A stretch of DNA of 64,000 nucleotides from Leptolyngbyaceae cyanobacterium (GCA_965263355.1 CBDHHL010000056.1:2336001-2400000); one strand, 5' to 3'; shown: positions 29,785-38,709, counted from the stretch's first letter. Numbers and translations: made by a program. The notes: generated by a model from the letters alone, not told the origin.

Positions 29785-29807
29785 GCGTATTCTTTTGTTT
29801 TTTATCT

Positions 29808-30446
29808 TTAATAACTCTTTAACACCTGACCAGACTCTCGCACTACCTTCGCGACTAGTGCATAGGCACCATGATCTCTAAACAACCATTGATGAAAAGC
29901 TCTAAGAGAATGTATCTTACTCGCAGTTTCCAGCAGTGCGTTCAAACTCTTTTCTTCTTTTTGCTGTCGTGCTTCTAATAAGGCTTTATCTATGCCTTCA
30001 TCGCTAACAGTCTGAAAAGAGAGCTGGCAATCTAGCGGCAACCCTTCTAAACGGTAGATCCAGTCAAAAATGGCTTTTGTTCTAGCCATATGAAATTCAG
30101 AGGTAATGACGAGGAGTCGCTTCAGGTTCAATGGTTCAACATGAATCATGCGAGAGAAATACACATTACCAATGGTGTCGTAAGAACTGGTTTCAACAAG
30201 GATTTTCTCTGGAGGCACTCCCTGTTGGCACAGATATCGTGCTGCAGCAACAGACTCAAAAATTGGATAGCCGTCTGCATCTAACGGTGGCGGCTTATGG
30301 GTAGTGCCAGCGCTTAGGGCAATAATGTAAGCATTTTGTCTTTGCTCAATTGCTCGATTTAACCTGCGTTGAGTCCATAGAGGCAAAACTTCGTTAGAAC
30401 GAACTCCTCCTCCTGGGACAAGAATTGCATCACATACCTTATTCAT
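29808..30446 (-). CDS. YdcF/DUF218 family protein
   Basis: DAILVPGGG, ESVAAARYL, ETSSYDTIGN, VITSEFHMAR. Confidence 0.85.
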   Translation of the reverse strand: MNKVCDAILVPGGGVRSNEVLPLWTQRRLNRAIEQRQNAYIIALSAGTTHKPPPLDADGYPIFESVAAARYLCQQGVPPEKILVETSSYDTIGNVYFSRMIHVEPLNLKRLLVITSEFHMARTKAIFDWIYRLEGLPLDCQLSFQTVSDEGIDKALLEARQQKEEKSLNALLETASKIHSLRAFHQWLFRDHGAYALVAKVVRESGQVLKSY

Positions 30447-30717
30447 CTAAACAATTGAAGAAATTCACAGACAACTGGTTTAAATAATCAATTAGAAGAA
30501 TCCTGTCTAGACATTCTCCTACATATCGTGAATAGTCTTTATATTCTTCAAAAGTCACTTCACGAGCAGCATAAGTTTCAGAACTTAGATGGGATATCCC
30601 ATTAGAATTAGGTATATCAAATTCAAACAGATTCCTAATTAGGCCTTCATCTAAGTTTTCCTGACATAAGCCTGAGATAAGACATATTTTTCAGGTAACC
30701 AATAATACTGATCGAGC

Positions 30718-31368
30718 TTATCGAGGCAATAGTTTTGCGTACGCGAACTCTGCAACAGCATCAAAGCCTAAACCCTTACGGATAACCATAGGCTCATCCT
30801 CAGTCATATCTAAAATCGTAGATGCTAGATAGCTCGGTTCCGCCTCACTGTCAATAATTATGTCTACCTGTTTTTCTAAGGCATCAAACAATTCGTACCG
30901 CGAAAAATAGGTTTCATCCATATCCCCCGTGTGGGCCGATGTAGAAATAATCGGATTTCCCAAGCTTTTCAACAGCGCTTGACATACCGGACTATCTGGC
31001 ACCCGAATTCCTGTCGTCTTTCGCTTCGGGTTCATCACCAGCTTAGGCACTAGCTTAGTGGCAGGCAAAATAAACGTATAGGGACCTGGCACTAAATAAC
31101 GCATCGTCCGATAAGCGGGATCACTCACATAGGCGTACTCAGCAATATTCGACAGCGACGAGCATAGGAATGTCAGGGGTTTATCATTTGACAATTTCTT
31201 GAGCTGACGTACCCGCTTAATCGCATTTTTAGACAGCAAATCGCAGCCAATAGCATACACCGTATCCGTGGCGTAGAGCATTACCGCGCCACTCTGCAAC
31301 TGCTTACGAATTTTCTCGACTTTGAAAGATTGAGGCGACTCTGGATGCAGAGTATAAAGTGTAGCCAT
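30718..31368 (-). CDS. Sua5/YciO/YrdC family protein (threonylcarbamoyl-AMP synthase family)
   Basis: YATDTVYAIGC, PGPYTFIL, KRKTTGIRVP, ISTSA; ATG at 31368. Confidence 0.9.
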   Translation of the reverse strand: MATLYTLHPESPQSFKVEKIRKQLQSGAVMLYATDTVYAIGCDLLSKNAIKRVRQLKKLSNDKPLTFLCSSLSNIAEYAYVSDPAYRTMRYLVPGPYTFILPATKLVPKLVMNPKRKTTGIRVPDSPVCQALLKSLGNPIISTSAHTGDMDETYFSRYELFDALEKQVDIIIDSEAEPSYLASTILDMTEDEPMVIRKGLGFDAVAEFAYAKLLPR

Positions 31369-31388
31369 GGGTCGAGCCCTCACTAGTG

Positions 31389-31424
31389 ACTCGTTACTGC
31401 AAGGGGTATCGTAACGAGTGATAC
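31389..31424. promoter_or_regulatory. Inverted repeat containing a GTA-N8-TAC (NtcA-like) motif between the divergent sua5-family gene and stpA
   Basis: ACTCGTTAC-N13-GTAACGAGT; GTA-ACGAGTGA-TAC at 31411-31424. Confidence 0.35.
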
Positions 31425-31466
31425 CGTAATTTTACTAAAACGGCTACTTCTTGTAACACAAATCCT

Positions 31467-32747
31467 ATGATGATCGCCATCCTTGAAACAGATGTACCAC
31501 TTCATCAGCAAACATTCTCTTTAGATCACTTAACGTTCACTAAGATACTTGCCCACACCGAAAACCTACTGATTATTCAAGACCTGGATGGCGTGTGCAT
31601 GGGATTGGTCAAAGACCCGCTTAATCGTAGAATCACACAGACTTATGTAGAAGCAACCACCGCCTACGATGGTCACTTCTTTGTACTAACCAATGGTGAG
31701 CATATCGGGAAACGTGGAGTCAATGGCATTGTGGCCAAAGCCCTAGGAGGAGATGTGGGGGATTTACACCTACCGGGACTGGCAGCAGGTAGCATCCAGT
31801 GGCAAAACCGCTTTGGTCAACTGAACCATCCAGGAGTGAGTGATGCTGAACTAGCCTTTCTTAAAGCAGTACCTAACCGCCTGGAAACAACACTGTGGAA
31901 ATGCTTGAACAATATTGACCATAGCTTCTCCTCAGAGGATATTACCCACTGCATTAATGCATCTGTATTGGATAATGTGGCGTCTCCCACAGCCAATCTC
32001 AACACACTTTACGAAAAACTAGCAAACCCAGCTCTCTATCGCCAGATTCAGAAACAAATGAAGCTGCTGACAGACCAATTACTCGCAGAGGCGGCAGAGC
32101 AAGGATTGAGTGATTCCTTTTTCGTTCACTATACGCCCAACTTAGGGCGAGACAACAACGATGATGAACTTGTTTGGTGGGCAGATGAAACAACGTCGGG
32201 CACCACTGACTTTCAATTTATGCTGCGCGGAGCCATTAAAGAAGCAGGGGTGCTGGCCCTGCTCAATCGATATTACTTTCAGAAAATAGGAGTACATCCC
32301 TTGGGAATTGGCTTTAATGCCCGACAAGCCCCCAAGAGGATGGAAGACATGTTGGCCCTGGTGAAGCAAAATTTTGACCCAACACATATGCCATTGATTA
32401 TTGGTGTTGGGGATACAGTGACAAGTAAGGCCGTGGAGACAGACAATGGTTTAGTCTTTAAGCGCGGGGGGAGCGATCGCAACTTCCTCCAACTCATCCA
32501 AAACATCGGTCAGGCATTCAATAGCGGCAACCTAGTTGCCTATGTCGACAGCAGTGGCGGCGAACTCAAAAATCGGCGAGCCCTTCCAGTAGAAACCCAA
32601 AACGGTTTTTCCATTGTTACCCAAGGCCCTGGTGATCCACAGGATACTCGCGATCCATTAACCCTTAATGTGGTCTTTCCCGGTGGGCACCAACAATATT
32701 GCGACGTATTTCAAGCGGGTGCCATCGCCCGCAAAGCAAACCAATAA
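31467..32747 (+). CDS. stpA: Glucosylglycerol 3-phosphatase (StpA/GgpP)
   Basis: LIIQDLDGVCMGLVKDPL, LTNGEH, GTTDFQFM, GVGDTVTS, RGGSDRNFL, VDSSGGE. Confidence 0.93.
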   Translation: MMIAILETDVPLHQQTFSLDHLTFTKILAHTENLLIIQDLDGVCMGLVKDPLNRRITQTYVEATTAYDGHFFVLTNGEHIGKRGVNGIVAKALGGDVGDLHLPGLAAGSIQWQNRFGQLNHPGVSDAELAFLKAVPNRLETTLWKCLNNIDHSFSSEDITHCINASVLDNVASPTANLNTLYEKLANPALYRQIQKQMKLLTDQLLAEAAEQGLSDSFFVHYTPNLGRDNNDDELVWWADETTSGTTDFQFMLRGAIKEAGVLALLNRYYFQKIGVHPLGIGFNARQAPKRMEDMLALVKQNFDPTHMPLIIGVGDTVTSKAVETDNGLVFKRGGSDRNFLQLIQNIGQAFNSGNLVAYVDSSGGELKNRRALPVETQNGFSIVTQGPGDPQDTRDPLTLNVVFPGGHQQYCDVFQAGAIARKANQ

Positions 32748-32752
32748 CTCCC

Positions 32753-33637
32753 ATGCCACAAGTTATCGGTATTGATCTAGGCGGTACCGCCATTAAGTTA
32801 GGACGGTTCTCCATCACAGGAGAATGTCTGGCATCACTGAGCGTCCCAACGCCTCAACCACAATCTCCAGAACCTGTTATGGCAGCGGTAGCAAATGCGA
32901 TCGCCACCCTCGATCCAGACCATCAGGCCACTGTTATCGGTATCGGCACTCCTGGGCCTACCGATATTACTGCCCGCATTGCTCGCATTGCCATTAATTT
33001 ACCAGATTGGCTAGATGTACCCGTTGCTGACCTCCTCGAAGCCCGCATCCAGAGACCTGTTATCGTAGCCAACGATGCTAACTGTGCTGGCATGGGGGAA
33101 GCCTGGCTCGGTGCTGGCCAAGCTTACAAAAATCTAATTTTACTCACCCTGGGGACCGGCGTTGGGGGCTGCATCATTCTCAATGGTCAACTCTTTCTCG
33201 GTCACGATGGCTGCGCCGGAGAACTGGGGCTGGTCACCTTAGATCCCCAGGGGCACCAGTGTCACAGCGGCAATACTGGTTCCCTAGAGCAACATGTGTC
33301 TGCCCAGGCCATTCGTCGAGAGATGGGGATGGAACCTGGGGAGTTGGCACGGTTGGCAGACCAAGGAAATGGGGATGCGATCGCATTCTGGCAACGCTAC
33401 GGACGCCTCCTGGGCATTGGCATCGTTAGTTCTATCTACGTCTTAAATCCAGAAGCCGTCATTATTGGTGGTGGCATTAGTGCCGCTGCCGCCTATTTTC
33501 TGCCAGCCACTCAAATGGAAATCTCACAGCGTATCCGGCCCCATTACCGAGGCAACCTAAAAATACTGACAGCTACCTTAGGAAATCGCGCAGGCATGGT
33601 TGGAGCAGCCAAATTAGCCATAGATCATATTAGTTAA
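32753..33637 (+). CDS. ROK family sugar kinase (glucokinase-like)
   Basis: IGIDLGGT, NDANCA, TLGTGVGG, GELG, CHSGNTGSLE; ATG 5 bp after the stpA stop. Confidence 0.92.
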   Translation: MPQVIGIDLGGTAIKLGRFSITGECLASLSVPTPQPQSPEPVMAAVANAIATLDPDHQATVIGIGTPGPTDITARIARIAINLPDWLDVPVADLLEARIQRPVIVANDANCAGMGEAWLGAGQAYKNLILLTLGTGVGGCIILNGQLFLGHDGCAGELGLVTLDPQGHQCHSGNTGSLEQHVSAQAIRREMGMEPGELARLADQGNGDAIAFWQRYGRLLGIGIVSSIYVLNPEAVIIGGGISAAAAYFLPATQMEISQRIRPHYRGNLKILTATLGNRAGMVGAAKLAIDHIS

Positions 33638-33801
33638 CCACTAAAAAAACAAACCTCAAAAATAGGTCACAATCGTTACAAATACCCTTGAAAATAATTT
33701 TCTAAATTGACAAAGATAATTAATCAAAGACTTATGTCAACGGTTGTAAACTTGAGTAAACCTAAGCTCGATCACCATGTGTCTAGTGCTACATTTAGCT
33801 T

Positions 33802-34089
33802 ATAGAAACAACTGAATAGCTATCAGGTAAATCAATTAATTCCTGACACTTCAAACCCTAAATCTCCTTCAGATTTAGCTATAAGTCTAAACTGGGTTAT
33901 GCTAATTTTAATTATTTGAAATTAGCAGCCAAATCTCAATCGATATAAGGCATATAGCAAATTTGAACTGTACACCTTAGTTAAGTAATCCTATCTATTT
34001 CTTCACCCAAACTAACAGTAGACTAGCGATTGTTTTTGAGTTTTGCCAAGTTAAAAAGGGATCAGTTAGAAATGACTGGTCCCTATTTT
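33802..34089 (+). ncRNA. Candidate structured ncRNA (~290 nt)
   Basis: Extended -10 TGcTACATT (33787-33795), several stems including a 15-16 nt long-range helix, a GAAA-loop terminator, and no useful ORF. Confidence 0.6.
34057..34089 (+). terminator. Terminator hairpin
   Basis: AGGGATCAGTTA-GAAA-TGACTGGTCCCT then ATTTT; G-U pairs and the GNRA loop favour the + strand. Confidence 0.7.
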
Positions 34090-34096
34090 AATGGGA

Positions 34097-34143
34097 TTAA
34101 TTAGACTATATTAATTGGACTATACTAATTAGGTTGTATTAAT
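34097..34143. repeat. Imperfect 14-bp tandem repeat (about 3.3 copies)
   Basis: TTAATTAGACTATA / TTAATTGGACTATA / CTAATTAGGTTGTA / TTAAT. Confidence 0.7.
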
Positions 34144-34171
34144 CTGCATCCAGCCAATCAGTAAATCAAGT

Positions 34172-34957
34172 ATGGTTAATTGGCTAGCATTAGTCATTGG
34201 CAACACAAGATGGCATTGGGCCTGGTTCCAAGACAATGAACTCAAGCAGGTTTGGCACAATAGCCATATTACAAATCAAAATGCCGCAGATATAGAGCTA
34301 CGCAGCCTGTGGGCAGACAAGGTGCCCTCTCAGATGCTAAATGTGCCGACTGAGGCCATCACGATTTGGGCCATCTCAGTGGTGCCTGCCCAAGCACAGC
34401 ACCTAAAGCATATGGCTTCCATCCAATGGATTGAGCAATTTCCCTTAAAAAATATTTACACCACCATGGGGCTAGATCGAGTGGCTACTCTGTGGGGCGC
34501 TGGTCAACGATATGGATGGCCCACATTGGTGATTGACAGTGGCACAGCCTTGACGTTTACAGCCGGGAACGAAAGCACCTTTGTCGGAGGGGCTATTTTA
34601 TTAGGGGTGCGCTCTCATCTGGTCGCGCTACAGCACTATACCGCTGCATTACCTGCCGTCAGCCCCCCTTCGGACTTGCCATCACGCTGGGCTAATAACA
34701 CTACCAGCGCGATTCAAAGTGGCGTAATTCATAGCATGCTAGCAAGCATTCATCAGTTTATTCATAGCTGGCAACGGCACTATCCTCAGACCACAATTAT
34801 CTTTACAGGTGGCGATGGTAAATACCTCTATGAGTTTTATCAACAGCAGTACACCGCAAATGAAAACCAGATCCTGAACAACAGAACCTGGTTTGATCCA
34901 AATTTAATGTTTTGGGGCATTTCCGCTTATCGCAATGATGCTACTCGAGTACTATAA
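34172..34957 (+). CDS. coaX: Type III pantothenate kinase
   Basis: LVIGNTR, MGLDR, VIDSGTALT, GGAILLG, TGGDG. Confidence 0.9.
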   Translation: MVNWLALVIGNTRWHWAWFQDNELKQVWHNSHITNQNAADIELRSLWADKVPSQMLNVPTEAITIWAISVVPAQAQHLKHMASIQWIEQFPLKNIYTTMGLDRVATLWGAGQRYGWPTLVIDSGTALTFTAGNESTFVGGAILLGVRSHLVALQHYTAALPAVSPPSDLPSRWANNTTSAIQSGVIHSMLASIHQFIHSWQRHYPQTTIIFTGGDGKYLYEFYQQQYTANENQILNNRTWFDPNLMFWGISAYRNDATRVL

Positions 34958-35775
34958 GCTTCTGTATCGGTACCTGCTGTTGCCGATGGAATGGCTGAGT
35001 CACGATCCATCTCTTCTAACCGAGTGACCCGATCTCTGGGATTAGGGTGAGTACTAAAAATAGCTGGTGGGCTGTTACCACTGTCTAGTTTTTCCATCAG
35101 TGTGGCCATCCCCGTTTGGTCGTAACCCGCTTCACCCATAGTGACAAACCCATGTTCATCAGCTACCAATTCATCCTTGCGGCTGTTAGGTAAGGTCAAT
35201 GCCACATCCACGGCAATGGCAACCATCTGATTCCGACTCAGCCCAAATGCTCCAGCAACGCCTTGGGCAATAGCCACATCTCGCATTTGGTCAAGGGCAT
35301 GTTTTTCAGCAATATGGCCAACTTCATGACCTAGGACACCAGCTACCTCTGCTTCATTATCAGCCGCCGCCAGTAAACCAGTTGTCACATATACAAACCC
35401 CCCCATGGTAGCAAAGGCGTTAATCCCATCATCTTCAACGACCTGAAACACGTAAGGAATATCAGGACGATCACTATGGGGAATCAGATTCTGACCAATC
35501 TGGTCGACATAGGCCGTTAATTGAGCATCTCGATGTAGTCGAAATGATTGACTCAGCAACTGCTGATTCACCTGCTTCCCAAGATTCACTTCTTGAGAAT
35601 CTGACATGTTAGTAATTTGAAACACCTGGATAGTGGGCAAAATGATGTCGAGTAATCCAGCATGAGCCGGTCTGGGAATAACCATCCCCAAACCGAGCGT
35701 CATCAAAAAGGCTATAGCACCATAGATGAGGCGGCATTGCCAGCGATTAACCCTGCGGAAAAGTCCAGTTAACAT
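34927..35775 (-). CDS. M48 family zinc metalloprotease
   Basis: INAFATMGG, HEVGH (HExxH), ELVAD, FSTHP; signal peptide; ATG at 35775. Confidence 0.92.
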   Translation of the reverse strand: MLTGLFRRVNRWQCRLIYGAIAFLMTLGLGMVIPRPAHAGLLDIILPTIQVFQITNMSDSQEVNLGKQVNQQLLSQSFRLHRDAQLTAYVDQIGQNLIPHSDRPDIPYVFQVVEDDGINAFATMGGFVYVTTGLLAAADNEAEVAGVLGHEVGHIAEKHALDQMRDVAIAQGVAGAFGLSRNQMVAIAVDVALTLPNSRKDELVADEHGFVTMGEAGYDQTGMATLMEKLDSGNSPPAIFSTHPNPRDRVTRLEEMDRDSAIPSATAGTDTEAYSTRVASLR

Positions 35776-36176
35776 GGTCAGCTTACTGTAATGAAACGGC
35801 GAATAAAGCAAAGATGGATAGGGTCAACCTTGAAGCTGTCTTAACCAATGTTGAGACAATATCCATAATTTGACCATAGCGATAGCCTGAGCAGCTTTCT
35901 CCATGGGCTGTGACAGTTAATGGATTGTGATTTAACACTGAAAACTAGTGTAGACAGTCAAGTTAGAAGACGATACGAGTCCAATGGCGGATGTGTTGTC
36001 CATCTACCGATTTATCGGTTTACATCCATCTAACCTGGCCAACCCATGATTAAATACTAACGATTGCATTCCCCATGCCCTAGGGGGACATTGCATGTCT
36101 GTTACATTATTGTTTGAGCTAATGGGTGTTTTTGTACAGGCTCAACTATTGGGAATTATTCGGAGTGCCAGGAGCT

Positions 36177-36707
36177 ATGGCTATTTTGGATTCTAAGGGA
36201 CGCTTATTTGGCAAAATTAGCTTGCTGGATGTTGGTGCAGGATTGATCATCCTGATGGTGGCAGTCGCTGTTTTTTTCTACCCCGGCACCTCGGGTTCTG
36301 TCGCTCAAGTAGGGGCAGTGAATCAGGAAATTGAAGTGGATGTCATAGCCCGTGGTCTAACTGTGCTTAACCCCCAACAGTTTTTGGATGATTTAAAAGC
36401 TGAGGGGACCACTAATATCATCATTCGTAATCAGCCCTACGGACAGGTCGTGGTCAAAGAGGTGAAAGCCTTACCTCGCAGTACCGCAGTGCCACAACCC
36501 GATGGTTCAGTCACATCGTTTCCTGACCCCCGTCCTGAACTTGGCTTTACAGCAGATATGTTGATTACCTTAACTGGCTCTGCCCAAATCACCGATGATG
36601 GCCCCGTCTTTGGCAATAGCAAAATTAAAATCGGCACACCGATTGAATTAGAGGGCAAAATCTATAATTTCAAAGCCAGTACCGTCGCTGTACGCATTCC
36701 TGAATGA
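36177..36707 (+). CDS. DUF4330-like cyanobacterial protein
   Basis: MAILDSKGRLFGKISLLD, IIIRNQPYG, KIKIGTPIELEG; AGGAG RBS before the ATG at 36177. Confidence 0.8.
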   Translation: MAILDSKGRLFGKISLLDVGAGLIILMVAVAVFFYPGTSGSVAQVGAVNQEIEVDVIARGLTVLNPQQFLDDLKAEGTTNIIIRNQPYGQVVVKEVKALPRSTAVPQPDGSVTSFPDPRPELGFTADMLITLTGSAQITDDGPVFGNSKIKIGTPIELEGKIYNFKASTVAVRIPE

Positions 36708-36721
36708 TAAACCCAACAAAG

Positions 36722-36737
36722 AGTGATTTAAATCACA
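36722..36737. promoter_or_regulatory. CRP (SyCRP1)-like binding site
   Basis: AGTGA-TTTAAA-TCACA, one mismatch from TGTGA-N6-TCACA; the inner 14 bp form a perfect palindrome. Confidence 0.55.
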
Positions 36738-36867
36738 TTTAATACTCAGCCACCTATCATCGTATTTTTTAAAGACTCTCAGTTTTTTATCAGAGGGTCT
36801 TCAGATGTGCTTTCCATATTTGTAGGTAAGAAAGAATTTCACCTTCCTACTGTTTGGAGGACCTATT

Positions 36868-37158
36868 ATGAAACGCTTCGTACTTTCTGGTTTATCTGTT
36901 TTGATTGCTGCTGCTGCGATCGCACCTGCTGCTATAGCAAAATCTTCTAACAACGACTCTCTAGCGAACACAACTCTTCAACAGCGCCGCTTAGATGCTC
37001 TAGACATCCGCACTAAGAACGATTCACTTGTTAATACAACGCTGCAGCAACGTCGTTTACAAGAGCTAGATGTGAGAACAAAAAGTAGCGCTCCAATTAC
37101 GAACACTACTATTCAGCAATATCGTCTTGACGCATTAGATACACGCGATAAGTCATAG
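36868..37158 (+). CDS. Small secreted protein with three ~22-aa repeats
   Basis: GGAGG RBS; Sec signal ending AIA; repeats NTT(L/I)QQ(R/Y)RLxxLDxRxK; own terminator. Confidence 0.85.
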   Translation: MKRFVLSGLSVLIAAAAIAPAAIAKSSNNDSLANTTLQQRRLDALDIRTKNDSLVNTTLQQRRLQELDVRTKSSAPITNTTIQQYRLDALDTRDKS

Positions 37159-37198
37159 TTACATCAGCAGCTCACACTTTGTTTAAGTAATTGAAACC

Positions 37199-37224
37199 AG
37201 GGGGCACGTTTGTGTCCCCTTTTT
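37199..37224 (+). terminator. Intrinsic terminator
   Basis: AGGGGGCAC-GTTT-GTGTCCCCT followed by TTTT. Confidence 0.8.
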
Positions 37225-37320
37225 CCTTATTTGCTGAATTAATAACGTCTGAACTAGAGCGATGTTAGAAGAGTCGCTATGATTAAGAAGATTGACATTT
37301 CTTAAAGTTTTTTGTCATAT

Positions 37321-38709
37321 ATGACTACAACTGCCGACTCAAACAAGCTTAAACAATTAATAGAAAAACGTATTTTACTGGGTCGGCCTCTAACTCCTGA
37401 GTTAACCGCAATTTTGCTGGTTTATTTCGTACAAGGCATCTTAGGCTTGTCTCGGTTATCAGTTAGTTTTTTTCTCAAAGATGATTTAGGCCTCAGTCCC
37501 GCAGAGATGGCAGCGTTGATAGGTGTTAGTACTCTACCTTGGACTATCAAGCCTCTATTTGGTTTTTTGTCCGACGGCTTGCCTATCTTCGGTTATCGTA
37601 GACGACCTTATCTAATCCTATCAGGTCTGTTAGGAGCAGTAGCTTGGTTGGCATTAGCTACTCTGGTATATACGGCCTGGCTAGCCACTACCATGCTCTT
37701 ACTCAGTTCATTGTCTGTGGCAGTCTCAGACGTAATTATTGATTCTCTAGTGGTAGAGAGAGCTCGTCAAGAATCTCAGGGTGAAACTGGCACATTACAG
37801 TCACTTTGTTGGGGAGCCTCTGCATTGGGTGGCTTGCTCACAGCCTATCTCAGCGGACTGCTACTAGACAAAACAAGCCCTCATGTTGTCTTCGCTCTTA
37901 CTGCAACATTTCCCCTAATTGTTTCCTGTGTTGCTTGGCTCATTACAGAGGAACCAGTCCAGGAAAAATTAGGCTTTCAAACTGTCTGGACTCATTTCAA
38001 ACAGCTTAAGTTGGCTGTTAGCCAGCGAACTATTTGGATGCCTGCGCTCTTTTTATTCCTATGGCAATCCACACCAAGTGCAGACTCAGCTTTCTTTTTT
38101 TTCACCACTAATGATTTAGGATTTGAACCTGAATTTTTAGGTCGGGTCAAATTAATCACAAGCTTAGCCGCGCTGCTGGGCATCGCTATTTTTCAGCGCT
38201 TCTTAAAAGCCGTCCCATTTCGTACTATTTTTGCCTGGTCCACGGTACTGGCCTCTCTCGGAGGAATGACAACACTATTATTAGTGACCCATGCAAACCG
38301 CAGTCTTGGCATTGAAGATCATTGGTTTAGCTTAGGTGATAATGCCATTCTTACAGCCATGGGACAGATAGCATTTATGCCGATACTAGTGCTGGCAGCA
38401 CGACTATGCCCCTCTGGTGTAGAAGCAACGCTATTTGCGCTCTTGATGTCAATTGTGAACTTGGCAATGCTGACTTCCCATGAGCTGGGTGCCCTTTTAA
38501 CCCAATGGCTTCATGTGACTGAAACAGATTTTGAAAATCTATGGTTGTTGGTGACGATTACCAATTTGACCACATTGTTGCCGTTACCGCTGTTGTTTTT
38601 ACTTCCCAACACGTCAGCCTCTTCAAACTCAGAATTAGCTGCATTACCTGGAGAATCAAATGAAGATTCCGATAAGACAGAACCCGTGCTAACAACATCA
38701 TCATCGTAA
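37321..38709 (+). CDS. Folate/biopterin transporter (BT1/FBT family MFS)
   Basis: VYFVQG, LPWTIKPLFGFLSDGLPIFGYRRRPY, ARLCPSGVEATLFALLMS. Confidence 0.92.
   Translation: MTTTADSNKLKQLIEKRILLGRPLTPELTAILLVYFVQGILGLSRLSVSFFLKDDLGLSPAEMAALIGVSTLPWTIKPLFGFLSDGLPIFGYRRRPYLILSGLLGAVAWLALATLVYTAWLATTMLLLSSLSVAVSDVIIDSLVVERARQESQGETGTLQSLCWGASALGGLLTAYLSGLLLDKTSPHVVFALTATFPLIVSCVAWLITEEPVQEKLGFQTVWTHFKQLKLAVSQRTIWMPALFLFLWQSTPSADSAFFFFTTNDLGFEPEFLGRVKLITSLAALLGIAIFQRFLKAVPFRTIFAWSTVLASLGGMTTLLLVTHANRSLGIEDHWFSLGDNAILTAMGQIAFMPILVLAARLCPSGVEATLFALLMSIVNLAMLTSHELGALLTQWLHVTETDFENLWLLVTITNLTTLLPLPLLFLLPNTSASSNSELAALPGESNEDSDKTEPVLTTSSS

Noticed and set aside
33743..33760. HLR1 (RpaB)-like direct repeat upstream of the ncRNA candidate
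   Set aside because: Several mismatches in an AT-rich context; too weak to call.
34097..34143. 14-bp repeats as a mini-CRISPR or iterons
   Set aside because: Too short, no spacers, and no rep or cas gene nearby.
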